Shown: piece by piece, positions 24,820-37,895 of the stretch
How the letters are laid out: each line of letters begins with the position of its first letter
Numbering within the stretch: the stretch's first letter is position 1
DNA from: Octopus vulgaris
Taxonomy: Eukaryota
Length of the DNA stretch: 64,000 nucleotides
Assembly (NCBI GenBank): GCA_951406725.2
Contig: OX597819.1
Location: 13,268,001-13,332,000 of the forward strand
Reading direction: 5' to 3'
Translations under genes and position numbers: made by a program
The notes under the pieces: generated by a model
Database searches by the model: none
Told to the model about the DNA's origin: nothing
What the model saw: only the letters and a program-made list of their open reading frames with translations

Positions 24820-25430
24820 GTATTTCATCTATCTTCACATTCTGAGTTCAAATGCCGCCAGGGTCACCTTTGTCTTTCATCTGTTTGGAGTTGATAAATC
24901 AAGTACCAGTTATGCACTGGGGTCGATGTAATCAACTGATCCCCTCCCCCCAAATTTCAGGCCTTGTGCCTATAGTAGAAAAGGTTATTATTAGTATTAG
25001 TGTCACTATTATTGAAGGTGGAGAGCTGGCAGAATCGTTAGCACGCCAGGCGAAATGCTGAGCAGCATTTTGTCTATCTTTACGTTCTGAGTTCAAATTC
25101 TGGTGAGGTCGACTCAGGGTTGATAAAATAAGTACCAGTTAAATACTGGGGGATCAATGTAATCGACTCATCCTCTCTCCCAAAATTGCTGCCTTTGTGG
25201 CAGAATTTGAAACTATTATTATTATTATTATCATTGAAGGCAGAGACCTGGCAAAATGCTTAGCAGCATTTTTATCCATCTTTACGTTCTGAGTTCAAAT
25301 TCCATCAAGGTTGATTTTACCTTTCATCCTTTCAGGGTTGATAAAATAATTACCAGTCAAATACTTGGGTCAATGTAATCAACATACACCCTCCTCCAAA
25401 ATTTCAGGCCTTGTGCATATAGTAGAAAGG

Positions 25431-25465
<35 letters not shown>

Positions 25466-25620
25466 GAAATTTAGACAGTGAACCGACAGAATCATTAGCA
25501 TACCAAACAAAATGGTTAGTGGCATTTCATCCATCTTTTCATTCTGAATTTTACCCGAAGTTTTAGGCTGTGTGCTTAAAGTAGAAAGGTTATTTTTTTA
25601 TATGAAAGTAATTAAAAATT
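24820..25620 (+). mobile_element. Cluster of older family-B-related SINE copies with (ATT)n tails
   Basis: Repeated TTCTGAGTTCAAAT..TTTCATC..GTTGATAAA..TACCAG units. Confidence 0.75.
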
Positions 25621-26202
25621 TGGAGGAATTTAGTAAAAGAGCTAAATTTTTTTATTTGGCTCCTATTTGGAATGTAACTTAAAAAGGTTCTTACATTAAA
25701 TTATGATGGATGAGTTTAAATATGAACAGCTTAAAACCTGCAAATGTGTTTCATAGAAGTAGAGATGGAGGAACCAAAGAGATTAACTGATTGTACAGCT
25801 CAGTTCAGTCACATTTCACATATGTTGGTTGTATCTGTGTGTATTGGTCAGTTATGGTGAGGTCTGACCATAAGCACTCAGGTAGAATTTGAACTTGGGA
25901 ATCAAAGAGCCAGAACAGTTCCACAAGACATTGTATTTGATGAAGAACCAGCTCAACAAATTTATTATCTTGGGCTGATATTTTATTTCATAGACCCTAA
26001 AAAGATGAGAAGCAAAGTTGACCTTGGAGTACAGAGACACAACCAGAATGCTATTGCTTTAAACATTTCACAATAGTGATGTCCTATATTTTGAGTTCAA
26101 ATCTTGCCTATATCTCTGCTTGGTTTATTTTTCCTTTTTGGGGGTTTGATGAAAGAGGCACCGGGTATATAGTCAATAGATATGACAAACTATAAACTCT
26201 TC

Positions 26203-26431
26203 GGGCGAGCTGGCTGAGACGTTAGCACGCCGGGCGAAATGCGTAGCCGTATTTTGTCTGCCGTTACGTTCTGAGTTCAAATTTCGCCGAGGTCGACTTT
26301 GCCTTTCATCCTTTCGGGGTCGATAAATTAAGTACCAGTTACGCACTGGGGTCGATGCAATTGACTTAATCCCTTTGTCTGTCCTTGTTTGTCCTCTCTG
26401 TTTTTAGCCCCTTGTGGGCAATAAAGAAATA
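26203..26431 (+). mobile_element. SINE family B
   Basis: Full match; TATAAACTCTTC occurs on both sides. Confidence 0.9.
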
Positions 26432-28279
26432 TATAAACTCTTCCTTACAATAATTAACATCTTTCTTTAATTAGTCAAAAGAAATTAGAAAGTGTTAGTG
26501 ATGAGGTGAATTTCAGTATTTAATTTGTTGTTGTTTGGCCCCATGGTCAGTCTTGATTTAAGTAGTACTATGACCATCCTGTCTTTTAGCCAGGTATTAT
26601 AAATTCAATGTTACTGAAATTCAGTTCTAAATACCATTTTATTTAATATGTTACAGGACAGGAATTAAGGGAAATTTGGCTGCTATTTCTTGTAGATTGA
26701 GTGACCATGTAGAGATAGCTCTTGTTCGTTGTATTCTTGATCACCAGGATTAACTTTGTCTTTTGATGGTTAAATAATCTTAGATACACTAATTTGGGAT
26801 GGTCATAGTTGGAATACCTTTGATCATGTTTGCTCAATCACAGCTAATTTAGAAACTGAAGGACAGAGATTCACCGACTTTTAGTTTTTGATCCCAACTT
26901 CGTAATATTTTACAAGGACTCACCATATATTCCCTTAGGCCCCTTTTTATGTTTAAGCTATGAATTGGACAGAGATTGAACCCTTATCCCAGTTTTTGTT
27001 TCTGTAACATGAAGCAGATTAAAAGCAAATCTTTTTTTTAAGTATGTTAAGTTCACATGATAACTTGGTAACAGTTTTAATTCTACCTTGGTTGACTTTA
27101 TCTCTCTTTCTTCTGGGGACCAATAAAATAAAGTACCACTCAGGTATGAGGGTCAACTTGAAATTTCCCATATGCCTCCCTACAAAATACATAGCCTTAA
27201 GGCAAGGAATGTAATATGGTTTTTCCAAAGACATAACAATGGTTTTAATAGAAAAATGAACCAATGATGACAACAATAAATCAATCAGTCCGTTGATCAC
27301 GTTAACTAAACATCAAAGACCAAATGAAGACAACATTTTCAACAACCTTTTCCAAAACAAGGTTGTGACAATTTAAAAATTCTTTTTCAATCAAAGAATT
27401 ACTTTTTGGACATGACCAAAAAAAAAAAAAAAAAAAAAAAAATCTAAATTTGTTGATGAGATTTTAATTTTTTTATTCTTTATAAAATAAAGACAGCTAT
27501 TTCAACAGACAGAAACTTTTAATATCCATTCTGTAATTTATTTTCAAGTTTTATTTCAATGGAAATATTGAAATATGTATTTGTGTGTATATGCCTATGG
27601 GCATCTTATGTTGAAGCGCGACAGGAAAATATGGTGTAAGTAGAAACAGATCCCATGTCGAGCTTGTTTGGTTTCTTCATTTATAAAATGAGATGATCTA
27701 CTTTCTTTAATCGGAACATTTTTTCAGAACATTTATAAAAATAACAAAAGAAAAAAAAAATATATATATATAAAAAAAAAAAGACAATCTGTTGAGTTTG
27801 AATGACTTTTCCACACCAACAACAATTGTTTTAATGACTTTTGATGAAATATGTTATTTTCTATATCTGTATCATTAAAATATCAAATATATATGCGAGA
27901 CCCTGTTTGGGTTTTTATTTTCATAACTTTTGTTTTTAAATTTGAAGCCATTTGGTCATGACATGTTTTCAAAATCCATGGACATCCTTTGTGTTATACT
28001 TTGTGTTCATGCTGACGAGTATTGAGTTAATTAATCTCATCGCTGCCTGTTTCAAAGTGCAGGGTTGTCATTACTACTAAATAATAATAATGATATTAAT
28101 GGCGCAGGAGTGACTGTGTGGTAAGTAGCTTGCTAACCAACCACATGGTTCCAGGTTCAGTCCCACTGCGTGGCATCTTGGGCAAGTGTCTTCTGCTATA
28201 GCCCCGGGCTGACCAATGCCTTGTGAGTGGATTTGGTAGACGGAAACTGAAAGAAGCCTGTCATATACATGTATATATA

Positions 28280-29979
28280 CACTTGCGTCGGAAATTAATT
28301 AGCACTTCTCAAATTTCTACATTTTCTTAATTTAATTAACTTTTATCAGAAACGAACTCGTTTTTAATCAAAAGTTTATTAAAACATATCCCAGCACACC
28401 ACATAATTGTTATTAATCGTGAAATTTAATCAATATCTTGTTGCTCCTCCTTTGGCAGTAATGACAGCTGCTACGCGGGTCGGCATGCTGTCTATGAGTG
28501 CCTGCAGGTACTGTGCAGGGATGGCCTCCCCATGCAGCAAGAAGTGCCCCAAACAGCTCGTGTCGGTTCCTGTATTGTTGCACATTCAAATCCCTACCCA
28601 ATCGACTCCAGAGGTTCTCAATAGGGTTCAGGTCAGGTGACTGGCCAGGCCAGTCCATGACCGTCACCCCATGTTCCTTGAAGAAACCGGTTGTGAGCTT
28701 GGCTGTGTGGGAAGGCGCGTTGTCCTGCTGGAGCAGTACTCCTCGCCACCAAAGAGGTATCCCGTACTATCTCAACGTACTTTGCTGCGTTGATGTTGCC
28801 TTCGACGGCATAGAGCCACCCAACACCACTGTAGCTGAACGCCCCTCACACCATCAGACCACACCCACCTTGCTTCATGGTGGGAGCAATGCAGTCTTTG
28901 TTGAAGCGCTCACCCCTGCGGCGTCGCACATGGACAGGCTTGTCACTGGCGAGACTGAATCGCGACTCGTCAGTGAACATCACTGTCCGCCACTGCTGCA
29001 CGGTCCATGTCTTGTGGGCACGGGCCCAGAGCAGCCACCTCTTCCGGTTTTGGGCTGTAAGGAGCGGCTTACGGGTGGCCCTACAGGATTTTAGACCAGC
29101 TTCCAGTAATCTGGTCTTGACGGTGGTTGTAGACAACTGCTTCCCTGTCATCTTTTGCATCTCCTCCGCCAGTTGCCGGCTCGTTACCCTTCGGTTGTAC
29201 AGTGACTTTCGGATCAGCATCCGGTCCTCCCGCTGGGTCGTCAGCCTCTTCCGTCCCCTACCCTTTTTGTCAGCTGCTGATCCGGTTTCCTCGTATTTCT
29301 TAAATAAGCACTGAATTGTGCGCCTGGCTACACCAAGTTTTCTGGCTATTGCAACCTCCGACAGCTTCCCACGCCACGAGAGAGCCTTGTACCGTCTCTC
29401 CAAGGTCATGCGAGGTCTTGGGCCCATCTAGGAATGAACGATAAAAACCAGTTATTTTCATTAAAACTATTCATTTGAATAATGTTATGCTATAACAAAA
29501 CTGCTATGAGTTATTATTCATTAAACAAAAAAGAAAGAAAGCAGAATTTCTCACCTTATTTGATGTATAACAGAAAGTTTTGTGAACCAGAAGTGACGTC
29601 ACCAAGCAGAGTGTAGGAGAATTTGTGAGGAAAAAAAATCTTGCAAATACACAAATCAATTAACCTACAAGCTGTTCAAAACGTCTTACGCGATGAGAAA
29701 ACTTAGTACGGTGTGATTTCGGTCCTTGCGAGGCGCTACCTATATCTATTAAACAAAGGAAGATTTGTCTGCATCCGCACTCCAAGTTGTTGTTGCACTG
29801 CTATGTCAACATCATTAGGCTGTAGACTCTCAAACCGCTCTGCAAACAAAGTTACGTCATCGTTCTGCGCAACAGTGAACTCGCAGCAAAGCAATAGTTC
29901 GAGATATGGCCACTAGGTGACAGCAAATACCTTGAGTGAAGAGCAAATCAAGGGTGCTAATTAATTTCTGACGGTAGTG
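28280..29979 (-). mobile_element. Full-length Tc1-family DNA transposon (1700 bp)
   Basis: ~26-bp TIRs CACT(TG/AC)CGTC(G/A)GAAATTAATTAGCAC, TA on both sides, internal transposase. Confidence 0.95.
28413..29427 (-). pseudogene. Tc1 DD34E transposase, disabled
   Basis: HTH N-terminus, GRKR motif, VMFTDESRF, QQDNAPSH, WPGQSPDLNPIENLW; 34 residues between the second D and E. In-frame TGA replaces W in LMV*GAF, and a frameshift/deletion lies near 28740-28760. Confidence 0.92.
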
Positions 29980-30601
29980 TATATAAGTGTGTGTGTATAT
30001 GTTTGTCCACCTAGTATTGCTTGACAACTGATGCTGGTGTGTTTACGTCCCCGTCACTTAGCGGTTTGGCAAAAGAGACCGATAGAATAAGCACTGGGCT
30101 TACAAAGAATAAGTCCCAGGGTCGATTTGCTCTACTAAAGGCGGTGCTCCAGCATGGCCGCAGTCAAATGACTGAAACAAGTAAAAGAGTAAAAAAGACT
30201 ATATACAAAAACATGAGATTGTCACTGCTTGAATACTTTTTGATCATAGGTCCTGATCAAGCCTAACCTAGGGTTAAACAACGACTGCTAAGACTGATTT
30301 TAGGGAGATTTGCCAGCTGTTTTTAGCAGGTCAAGCATAGAGCTTCCTCTAGAAAGAGACATTGAACTGATGTTTATATACAAAAAAAGGAGGGGGGGGT
30401 CACTAATGGATTGCCTTTGGTCATATGTTTGCTGTTTGCTTGATAAGAGCTGAACCAAGATAGCAACAAAACTCCAGCTAAAATTACCTTCGTTTTGTGT
30501 GTATGTATGAAGGTGGGATAAAAAGTACTGATGATGATATTGGAAAGATTTACTCTTGTATTTTCACCTTGGATTTCAATTCTAATATTATGGTTGTTTT
30601 T

Positions 30602-30995
30602 AGGCGTAGGAGCGGCTGTGTGGTAAGTAGCTTGCTTACGAACCACATGGTTCCAGGTTCAGTCCCACTGCGTGGCACCTTGGGCAAGTGTCTTCTACTA
30701 TAGCCTCGGGCCGACCAAAGCCTTGTGAGTGGATTTGGTAGACTGAAACTGAAAGAAGCCCGTCGTATATATGTCTATATATGTATATATATGTGTGCGT
30801 GTATGTGTTTGTCCCCTCCAACATTGCTTGTCAACCGCGATGCTGGTGTGTTTACATAACTTAGTGGTTTGGCAAAAGAGACCAACAGAATAAGTAGAAG
30901 GCTTACAAAGAATAAGTCCTGGGAGCGATTTGCCCAACTAAAGGTGGTGCTCCAGCATGGCCACAGTCAAATGACTGAAACAAGTAAAAGAGTAA
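30602..30995 (+). mobile_element. SINE family A
   Basis: Slightly diverged full-length copy. Confidence 0.88.
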
Positions 30996-32050
30996 AGGAG
31001 GGCGGCTTCTGACAAAAGTGTTCAAAGTAAATAATGGTGGAGCCAAATTCCTGCAAATTTACCAGGTTTTCATTCAAGGAATTAACTCAGTGATCACACG
31101 ATGATGATGATGATGATGATCACAAACGAAATACAAAATAAATGGAAAAGAAAAAAAGAACTTGCAGTGATGTTGTTTAACTCCAGGTCAGTCACGATTG
31201 AACACACCTATAATCAAAGGCATTCCAGCCACGACCAACTTGCCTCTTTTGTTTTGTTTTTCTGGCAAAGTGTATCCAGTACTACATTTTCCAATGTTTC
31301 ACACAAAATCACACCAAACTTTCATGGAAAAAAAAAAGGGGGAGGGGTACTGGCCCCTTGGAGACAATGTAGTTCTACAAAATGTTTGTCTTAAAAATAA
31401 ATAATAAAATACAGGATGGTCATGATTGGAATTCTTTAATAATAGGGCTGATCTGATGTGAAACAACAATACATAGTTACTGCAAGAACTGGGATGGGGG
31501 GTGGGTATGTGCGTGAGAAGAATTTACAACCAAAACCAAGGAAAAAGATGCTTTTAAGGGGAAAACTGCTCCCAAACCTGTTGAAAGTTCCTGGACCAGC
31601 TCCCTATCTTGTTACTTGTCATAGAAACAGGTCACGGACACACTTGGTGTAAATAATTCAATTTTCAGATTTACTAAACTCATCAAACTCAGAGGCACTC
31701 TATTAGGGTCTCTATGATCCTTAAGGGTCCGCATAAGATTTTGTTAAAATATCTATATGCAATGAACTGGTGATACTTCTACAAAACAAAATATTTATTT
31801 TTTTTTTGTACAATTCCTAATAATCTTTAATTATAAAAATAAAGTAAGATTTTCTTTTAATATATACATCAAACGATTATGGAAGTCCAGTAGAGTTAAA
31901 TAGGGATCAAAATTGGTAAAAAATGGTTGAGCCACTGATTAAACTCTACAGAAATGAACTTTAAAAAATTAAATATCAAAGCTATCTTCCCTGAAAACTT
32001 CATAACCTAGAAATCGATTGATACACGTTAATTAATTATGGCTAATCATG

Positions 32051-32275
32051 TTATTTTTTTTTTTGTATAGATCTTTGATGCTTAATTTTAAAATTATATA
32101 AATGTGGTGCTAGGACTGTTAGAAACTGGTGAATCATCACAGCTGTTAATCCCCAAATTCGAGGACTAGATAAATATACTGGTAATGTGTAACCATTACC
32201 AGTTCTAAATTGGGTCGTTTGCTGGTTGTTGGGGTCACACAAATCTTTGATTGTTGTGAAGAACACCTTTTCTAC
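32051..32275 (-). CDS. NUDT8: NUDT8-like CoA diphosphatase, last coding exon
   Basis: Acceptor TTCTTCAG|GTAGAA. Encodes VEKVF...GYTLPVYLSSPRIWGLTAVMIHQFLTVLAP...KKK*, resembling the NUDT8 C-terminus; 225 nt, phase 0. Confidence 0.9.
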   Translation of the reverse strand, partial: VEKVFFTTIKDLCDPNNQQTTQFRTGNGYTLPVYLSSPRIWGLTAVMIHQFLTVLAPHLYNFKIKHQRSIQKKK

Positions 32276-32459
32276 CTGAAGAAGAAGAAAAAAAGACACC
32301 AAAATAAAAGATCTTTGAATTCGTTTCTTTATTAAAAGTTACAGATTTTTTTGAAAAAAATGATTCAGTGGTTTTCCTATCAACACTAGTGTGTTACCAA
32401 TCGTATGACAGGTAACTTTGTATTTTTTTTTTTATCACCATGGGTAATATCAAGTCAAA

Positions 32460-32922
32460 TCAGACCACAATCAAAAGGAAATTGTAGTTGTGGCTGATGC
32501 CAGTGTTGCCCAACTGGCTCCCATGTTGGTGGCACACAATAAGCACCATTCGTGTGTCACTCGTTACCAGTGCTGTGCCTCACTGGCTCCCTGTGCCAGT
32601 GGCATGTAAAAAGCATCATCTGAACATGGTCAATGCCATCGCCACTTGACTGGCTCCCATGCCAGTGGCACATAAAATGCACCATCCGAATGTGGTTGAT
32701 GCCAGCCCCCTTGCCCCATCTGGCTCCTGTGCTGGTGGCACGTAAAAAGCACCCACTACACTCTTGTAGTGGTTGGCGTTAGGAAGGGCATCCAGCTGTA
32801 GAAACATTGCCAAATCAAGATTAGAGCCTGTTGCAGCCTCCTGGCTTGCCTGACCCCAGTCAAACCATCCAACCCATGCCAGCATGGAAAACGGACGTTA
32901 AACGATGATGATGATAATGATG
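32460..32922 (+). mobile_element. RTE LINE 3' UTR fragment
   Basis: GTGGCACGTAAAAAGCAC repeats, GGCGTTAGGAAGGGCATCCAGCTGTAG, (GAT)n tail. Confidence 0.7.
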
Positions 32923-33214
32923 ACATGCATACAATAATTATAATTAACTTTTATCTAAGTGCTTATACAAAATGATGAAATGAATGCTAATTTCCAAAAG
33001 AAAAATTTTTATTACCTTAAGATTAAAACGAATTTCATCTCATTTGTATATGTGCATTAAATATATGTTATTTTCCTAAATTTTACCAAAATAATCATAA
33101 TATCACTCTCTTGCAAAATCTATCTCTACAAATTTCATTTTAAAAATGTGTATTTTTCAGTAAGTTATTTTCTAACAATTTTAAATATTTTCTAATAAAT
33201 TATTTTTTATATTG

Positions 33215-33485
33215 TGACGTGATGCATATTTGCCATTTGAATCTGGCTAACCCATAAGGGTGGATGCTACTGTAGTTTGTAGCCCCAGGAAGATATCTCC
33301 TCCAGCTGGCTATAGACACACTATCTGTGTCCTCTCACAGTGTGTCTATAGCCAGCTGGAGGAGATATCTTCCTGGGGCTACAAACTACAGTAGCATCCA
33401 CCCTTATGGGTTAGCCAGATTCAAATGGCAAATATGCGTCACGATGTGTTACCGCTACTGTTTATAACTCGCTCTGAGATTTATC
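33215..33485. mobile_element. Young fold-back insertion with 105-bp arms and 16-bp target-site duplication
   Basis: 33218-33322 versus 33339-33443 (one mismatch). ATTATTTTTTATATTG at 33199-33214 and 33486-33501. Confidence 0.85.
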
Positions 33486-33631
33486 ATTATTTTTTATATT
33501 GATTACAGTAAAAGATGGAGAATGACAGGAACAAATCAAAATATAGAAACTGCTTGACCTTAACAAAGACAATATTCTAAGAAATACAATCAAGTAAAGA
33601 AAATACTAAAAATGTTTTAAAAGCGGCTTAC

Positions 33632-33712
33632 TTCATTTGAATTTATGTGCAAAGAGTTCAAATTGATATCTCCACCAAATCCAACAACTGGCGTGACTTC
33701 TCTTGAAGCTGC
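33632..33712 (-). CDS. NUDT8: NUDT8-like coding exon 3
   Basis: AG|GCAGCT...AATGAA|GTAAGC; 81 nt encoding AASREVTPVVGFGGDINLNSLHINSNE. Confidence 0.9.
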
Positions 33713-33749
33713 CTATTATTTAAAATATAAAAGAAATAAATTAGGACAT

Positions 33750-35420
33750 TTTTAGGTTCATGTCAGGGAGAAGCACCACTGATGCTATATTTCTGGTAAG
33801 ACAGCTGCAGGAGAAATACCTAACCAAAGATAAACCTTTGTACCTGACTTTCATTGACATGGAGAAAGCCTTTGACAGAGTCCCCCGATCCCTTATCTGG
33901 TGGTCAATGTGGAAACTAGGGATAGATGAATGGTTAGTGAGAGCTGTGCAAGCCATATACAGGGATGCTGTTAGTAAGGTGAGGGTTGGCAACAAGTACA
34001 CTGAAGAATTTCGGGTGGAGGTAGGGGTCCACCAAGGTTCAGTCCCCTCCTATTTATCATAGTCCTCCAGGCAATAACAGAGGAATTCAAGACAGGATGC
34101 CCCTTGGAGATCCTCTATGCTGACGACCTTGCTCTAATTGCTGAGTCACTATCAGAACTAGAGGAGAAGTTTCAGGTGTGGAAACAAGGATTAGAATCGA
34201 AAGGCCCTTAGAGTCAACCTAGCTAAAACCAAAGTCCTAATAAGTAGGAAGGCAGGCAAACCACAAATCCCTTCAGGTAGATGGCCCTGCTCAATCTGTA
34301 GAAAAGGTGTAATAAGATGTACCCAGTGTAAGCATGGACACATAAGAGGTGCAACAATATCAAAGGAAAGCTAACAGGGAAGATAGTTTTTGCATGTGGC
34401 AGATGCTCAGGAGCAATAAACACTGAAAACGTGCAGAGAACAACTTCCACCACATTTCAGGGTGAAAAACTAGAAATAGTTGATAGCTTCCGTTACCTAG
34501 GTGACCAAGTCAGTAGCAGGGGAGGGTGCGCTGAAAGTGTAGCTGCTAGAATAAGAATAGCCTGGATAAAGTTCAGAGAGCTCTTACCTCTGCTGGTGAC
34601 AAAGGGCCTCTCACTCAGAGTAAAAGGTAGACTGTATGACGCATATGTTCGAATAGCCATGCTACATGGCAGTGAAACATGGGCCTTGACAGCTGAGGAC
34701 GTGTAAGCTCGCAAGGAATGAAGCCAGTACGATCCGATGGATGTGTAATGTCAGTGTGCATACTCGACAGAGTGTAAGTATCTTGAGAGAAAAGATGGAC
34801 CTAAGAAACATCAGAAGTGGTGTGCAAGAGAGACGGCTGCACTGGTATAGTCATGTGGTGAGAATGGATGAGGATAGCTGTGTGACAAAGTGCCACACCC
34901 TAGCGGGTGAGAGAACCTGTGGAAGAGATAAATTTAGGAAGACCTGGGATGAGGTGATGCAGCACGACCTTCGAACACTAGGCTTCACCGAGGTGATGAC
35001 TAGTGACCGAGACCTTTGGAAATATGGTGTGCTTGAGAAGACCCAGCAAACCAAGTGAGACCGTAACATTGTGGCCTATGCCAGGAGTGTAACCAGCCCA
35101 CTTATGCGTACCTTTCCTTCATTGGACACTAAACTCTGCTTGTGAAGACCTGTTGAGGCAAGTGAAATCGAAATCAAATTCGATGACTGGCATCCGTGCT
35201 AGTGGAGCACTAAGAGCACCATCCGAGCGTGATCATTGCCAGAGCAGCCAACTGACTTCCGTGCCGGTGGCACGTAAAAAGGAACCATTCGAGTGTGATC
35301 GTTACCAGCATCGCCTTACTGGCACTTGTGCCGGTGGCACATGAAAAAAACATTTGAGTGAAGTCGTTGCCAGTGCTGCTGGACTGACTCCTGCGCAGGT
35401 GGCACGTAAAAAAACACCAT
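33750..35420 (+). mobile_element. 5'-truncated RTE-clade LINE with frameshifted reverse transcriptase
   Basis: GRSTTDAIF, FIDMEKAFDRVPR, VGVHQGS, LYADDL, FRYLG, LHGSETW, RRLHWYSHVVRM; Zn-finger-like insert; 3' UTR with tandem repeats. Confidence 0.92.
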
Positions 35421-35570
35421 TTGAGCTTGTCTAATAATAATGTGTTCTCAAAAAGAGAACACGTTATTATTAGACAAATCTTCAGTTTTAAAATAGTGGA
35501 TGTTTACAACAAAGAAAATACGCAAATGCTTTTGAGTTTGTGTGTAATCGACGTTAAGTTAAGTTTAAAA

Positions 35571-35971
35571 TCTTTATATATAAAAGTGAAGTTGTGTGTG
35601 TCTGTCTCCTACGATCTAGATTCCTAACTACTCCCACATTTTACGATGCAGTTTAACCAAAAGCGGGTATCTTATAGTCGTGATTCATATCGAGCCCTTC
35701 TGGGTATTAGTGCGCGTCTACGATGAGTCTACGATTTAAAAAAAAATTTACCATCATTTTTTTGCCATTTTAATGCATTTTTTCGCTATTATATAAGGGA
35801 AGTAACTCTCTAAAAATGTCTACGATGAGTCAACGATTTAAAAAAAAATTTACCGTAATTTTTTTCCCATTTTTAATGCATTTTTTTGCTATTTTTTGGC
35901 TATAACTCTCTAAAAATGCTTATATAGTTATTGCCCTTACAAATCCGAGCAACGCCGGGCGATACTGCTAG
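35571..35971 (+). mobile_element. Non-autonomous Helitron
   Basis: A|TC 5' end (TCTTTATATATAAAAG), subterminal GC-rich hairpin CCGAGCAACGCCGGG, CTAG|T 3' end, no TSD, internal ~100-bp duplication. Confidence 0.85.
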
Positions 35972-36289
35972 TATATTATAAATTGGTTACAGCAAGTATT
36001 TCTTTACGTAAAGGGACATAAATCATCGACATAGCATATTGCATATACAAACGCAATTATCTCCCTTACATTGTTACTTTCGCATGTTATCTACGATTCA
36101 AAGAGAAATTATGTTACATTTTAGTTTACTTCTCAATTTCTAAATTTTGAAAATAAATTCTGTTGTACATACTTAGCATTGTAAATGTATTTTATCAAAC
36201 TTTTTTCTATTTTAATACTAATAAAACCATGTTTCATTTATGCCTAATTTATACTAATAAAACCATGTTTCATTAAGAAACCAGGATTC

Positions 36290-36812
36290 ATCAAAACTTC
36301 CATGGTTTCTGAGATTCGCCATCACTACACCTGATTTTCTCCCCTCCATACACACGCAAGCATGTAACCGACTCGTACACTCTTTTACTCTTTTACTTGT
36401 TTCAGTCATTTGACTGCGGCCATGCTGGAGCACCGCCTTTAGTCGAGCAAATCGACCCTGGGACTTATTCTTTGTAAGCCCAGTACTTATCCTATCGGTC
36501 TCTTTTGCTGAACCGCTAAGTGACGGGGACGTAAACACACCAGCATCGGTTGTCAAGCAATTCTAGGGGGACAAACACAGACACACAAACACATACACAT
36601 ATATATATATACATATATACGACAGGCTTCTTTCAGTTTCCGCCTACCAAATCCACTCACAAGGCATTGGTCGGCCCGGGGCTATAGCAGAAGGCACTTG
36701 CCGACTGTTCACTCCCCAGACATTTGTACATTACTGCATATGCTTTATACGAACTTTTGACAAGTTGTGGTGCACCTGAGCACTGTATACAATAATTTCA
36801 TTATTATTATCA
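36290..36812 (+). mobile_element. CR1-type LINE 3' tail interrupted by a family A SINE (36380-36702, minus strand)
   Basis: The flanks match the 3' end at 53145-53300. Confidence 0.8.
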
Positions 36813-37303
36813 TCATCATCATCCAGTGTTTTAAATCCAGGTTTTGTCCCCATTAACGAGGGTGGCCGATCTACCTCAATGCCATAGCAACCGAGGTAGG
36901 CAGGTGCAGCCCACCCCAACCTTTGGGCTGGCTGGTGCCCATTCTCCCTATCTTTCATGAGGCTTTTTTGGAGCTGAATTTTCTACGGGGTGCATGTCCT
37001 TGCTTACCCCCAACCTGTTTCTAGACATGAGGGGTTCCAAGACCAACGCCTCTACCACGATTTTTAAGAAATGTGGTGGAAAAATAAGCGTGTAGATCAC
37101 ACAAGTTTGGCAGCTGTGAGTTTTGCAACAGAAAGTTAGCAGAATTTCACCATTTTCCCCTTTTCTTCAAGCTTCCTTCATTTCTCCACCAAAACAATTA
37201 CATGGGACAATATCTTCTTCATCATCTAAAAGACCATTTTTTCATAAAAATGCAGGTTCTTCATCTTGTCACTAATTAGATTGTAAAAATATTTAGCTAA
37301 CAT

Positions 37304-37895
37304 AGGCACAGGAGTGGCTGCGTGGTAAGTAGCTTGCTTACCAACCACATGGTTCTGGGTTCAGTCCTGCTGCATGGCACCTTGGGCAAGTGTCTTCTAC
37401 TATAGCCCCGGGCTGACCAAAGCCTTGTGAGTGGATTTGGTAGACGGAAACTGAAAGAAGCCCATCGTATATATATATATATGTTTGTTTGCCTGTGTTT
37501 GTCCCCCCCCATCATCGCTTGACAACCGATGCTGGTGTGTTTACGTCCCCGTCACTTAGCGGTTCAGCAAAAAGAGACCGATAGAATAAGTACTGGGCTT
37601 ACAAAGAATAAGTCCCAGGGTCGATTTGCTCGACTAAAGGCGGTGCTCCAGCATGACCGCAGTCAAATGACTGAAACAAGTAAAAGAGTAAAAGAGAGAG
37701 TATATTTGTTTGCCTGTGTTTGTCCCCCCATCATCGCTTGACAACTGACGTTGGTGTGTTTACGTCCCTGTAACTTAGCGGTTACAAAAGAATAAGTACT
37801 AGGCTTACAAAGAATAAGTCCCAGGGTCAATTTGTTTGACTAAAAATAGTGGTGCTCCAGCATGGCAGCAGTAAAAAAACAAACAAATAAAAGAA
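37304..37895 (+). mobile_element. SINE family A plus a duplicated 3' half
   Basis: Full copy to ~37700, then a partial copy. Confidence 0.85.

Larger units (their letters stand above)
28101..30197 (+). mobile_element. SINE family A split by a Tc1 insertion
   Basis: 5' half at 28101-28279 and 3' half at 29980-30197. Confidence 0.9.

Noticed and set aside
28498-29314. 198-aa and 145-aa + strand ORFs
   Set aside because: Antisense shadows of the GC-rich Tc1 transposase.
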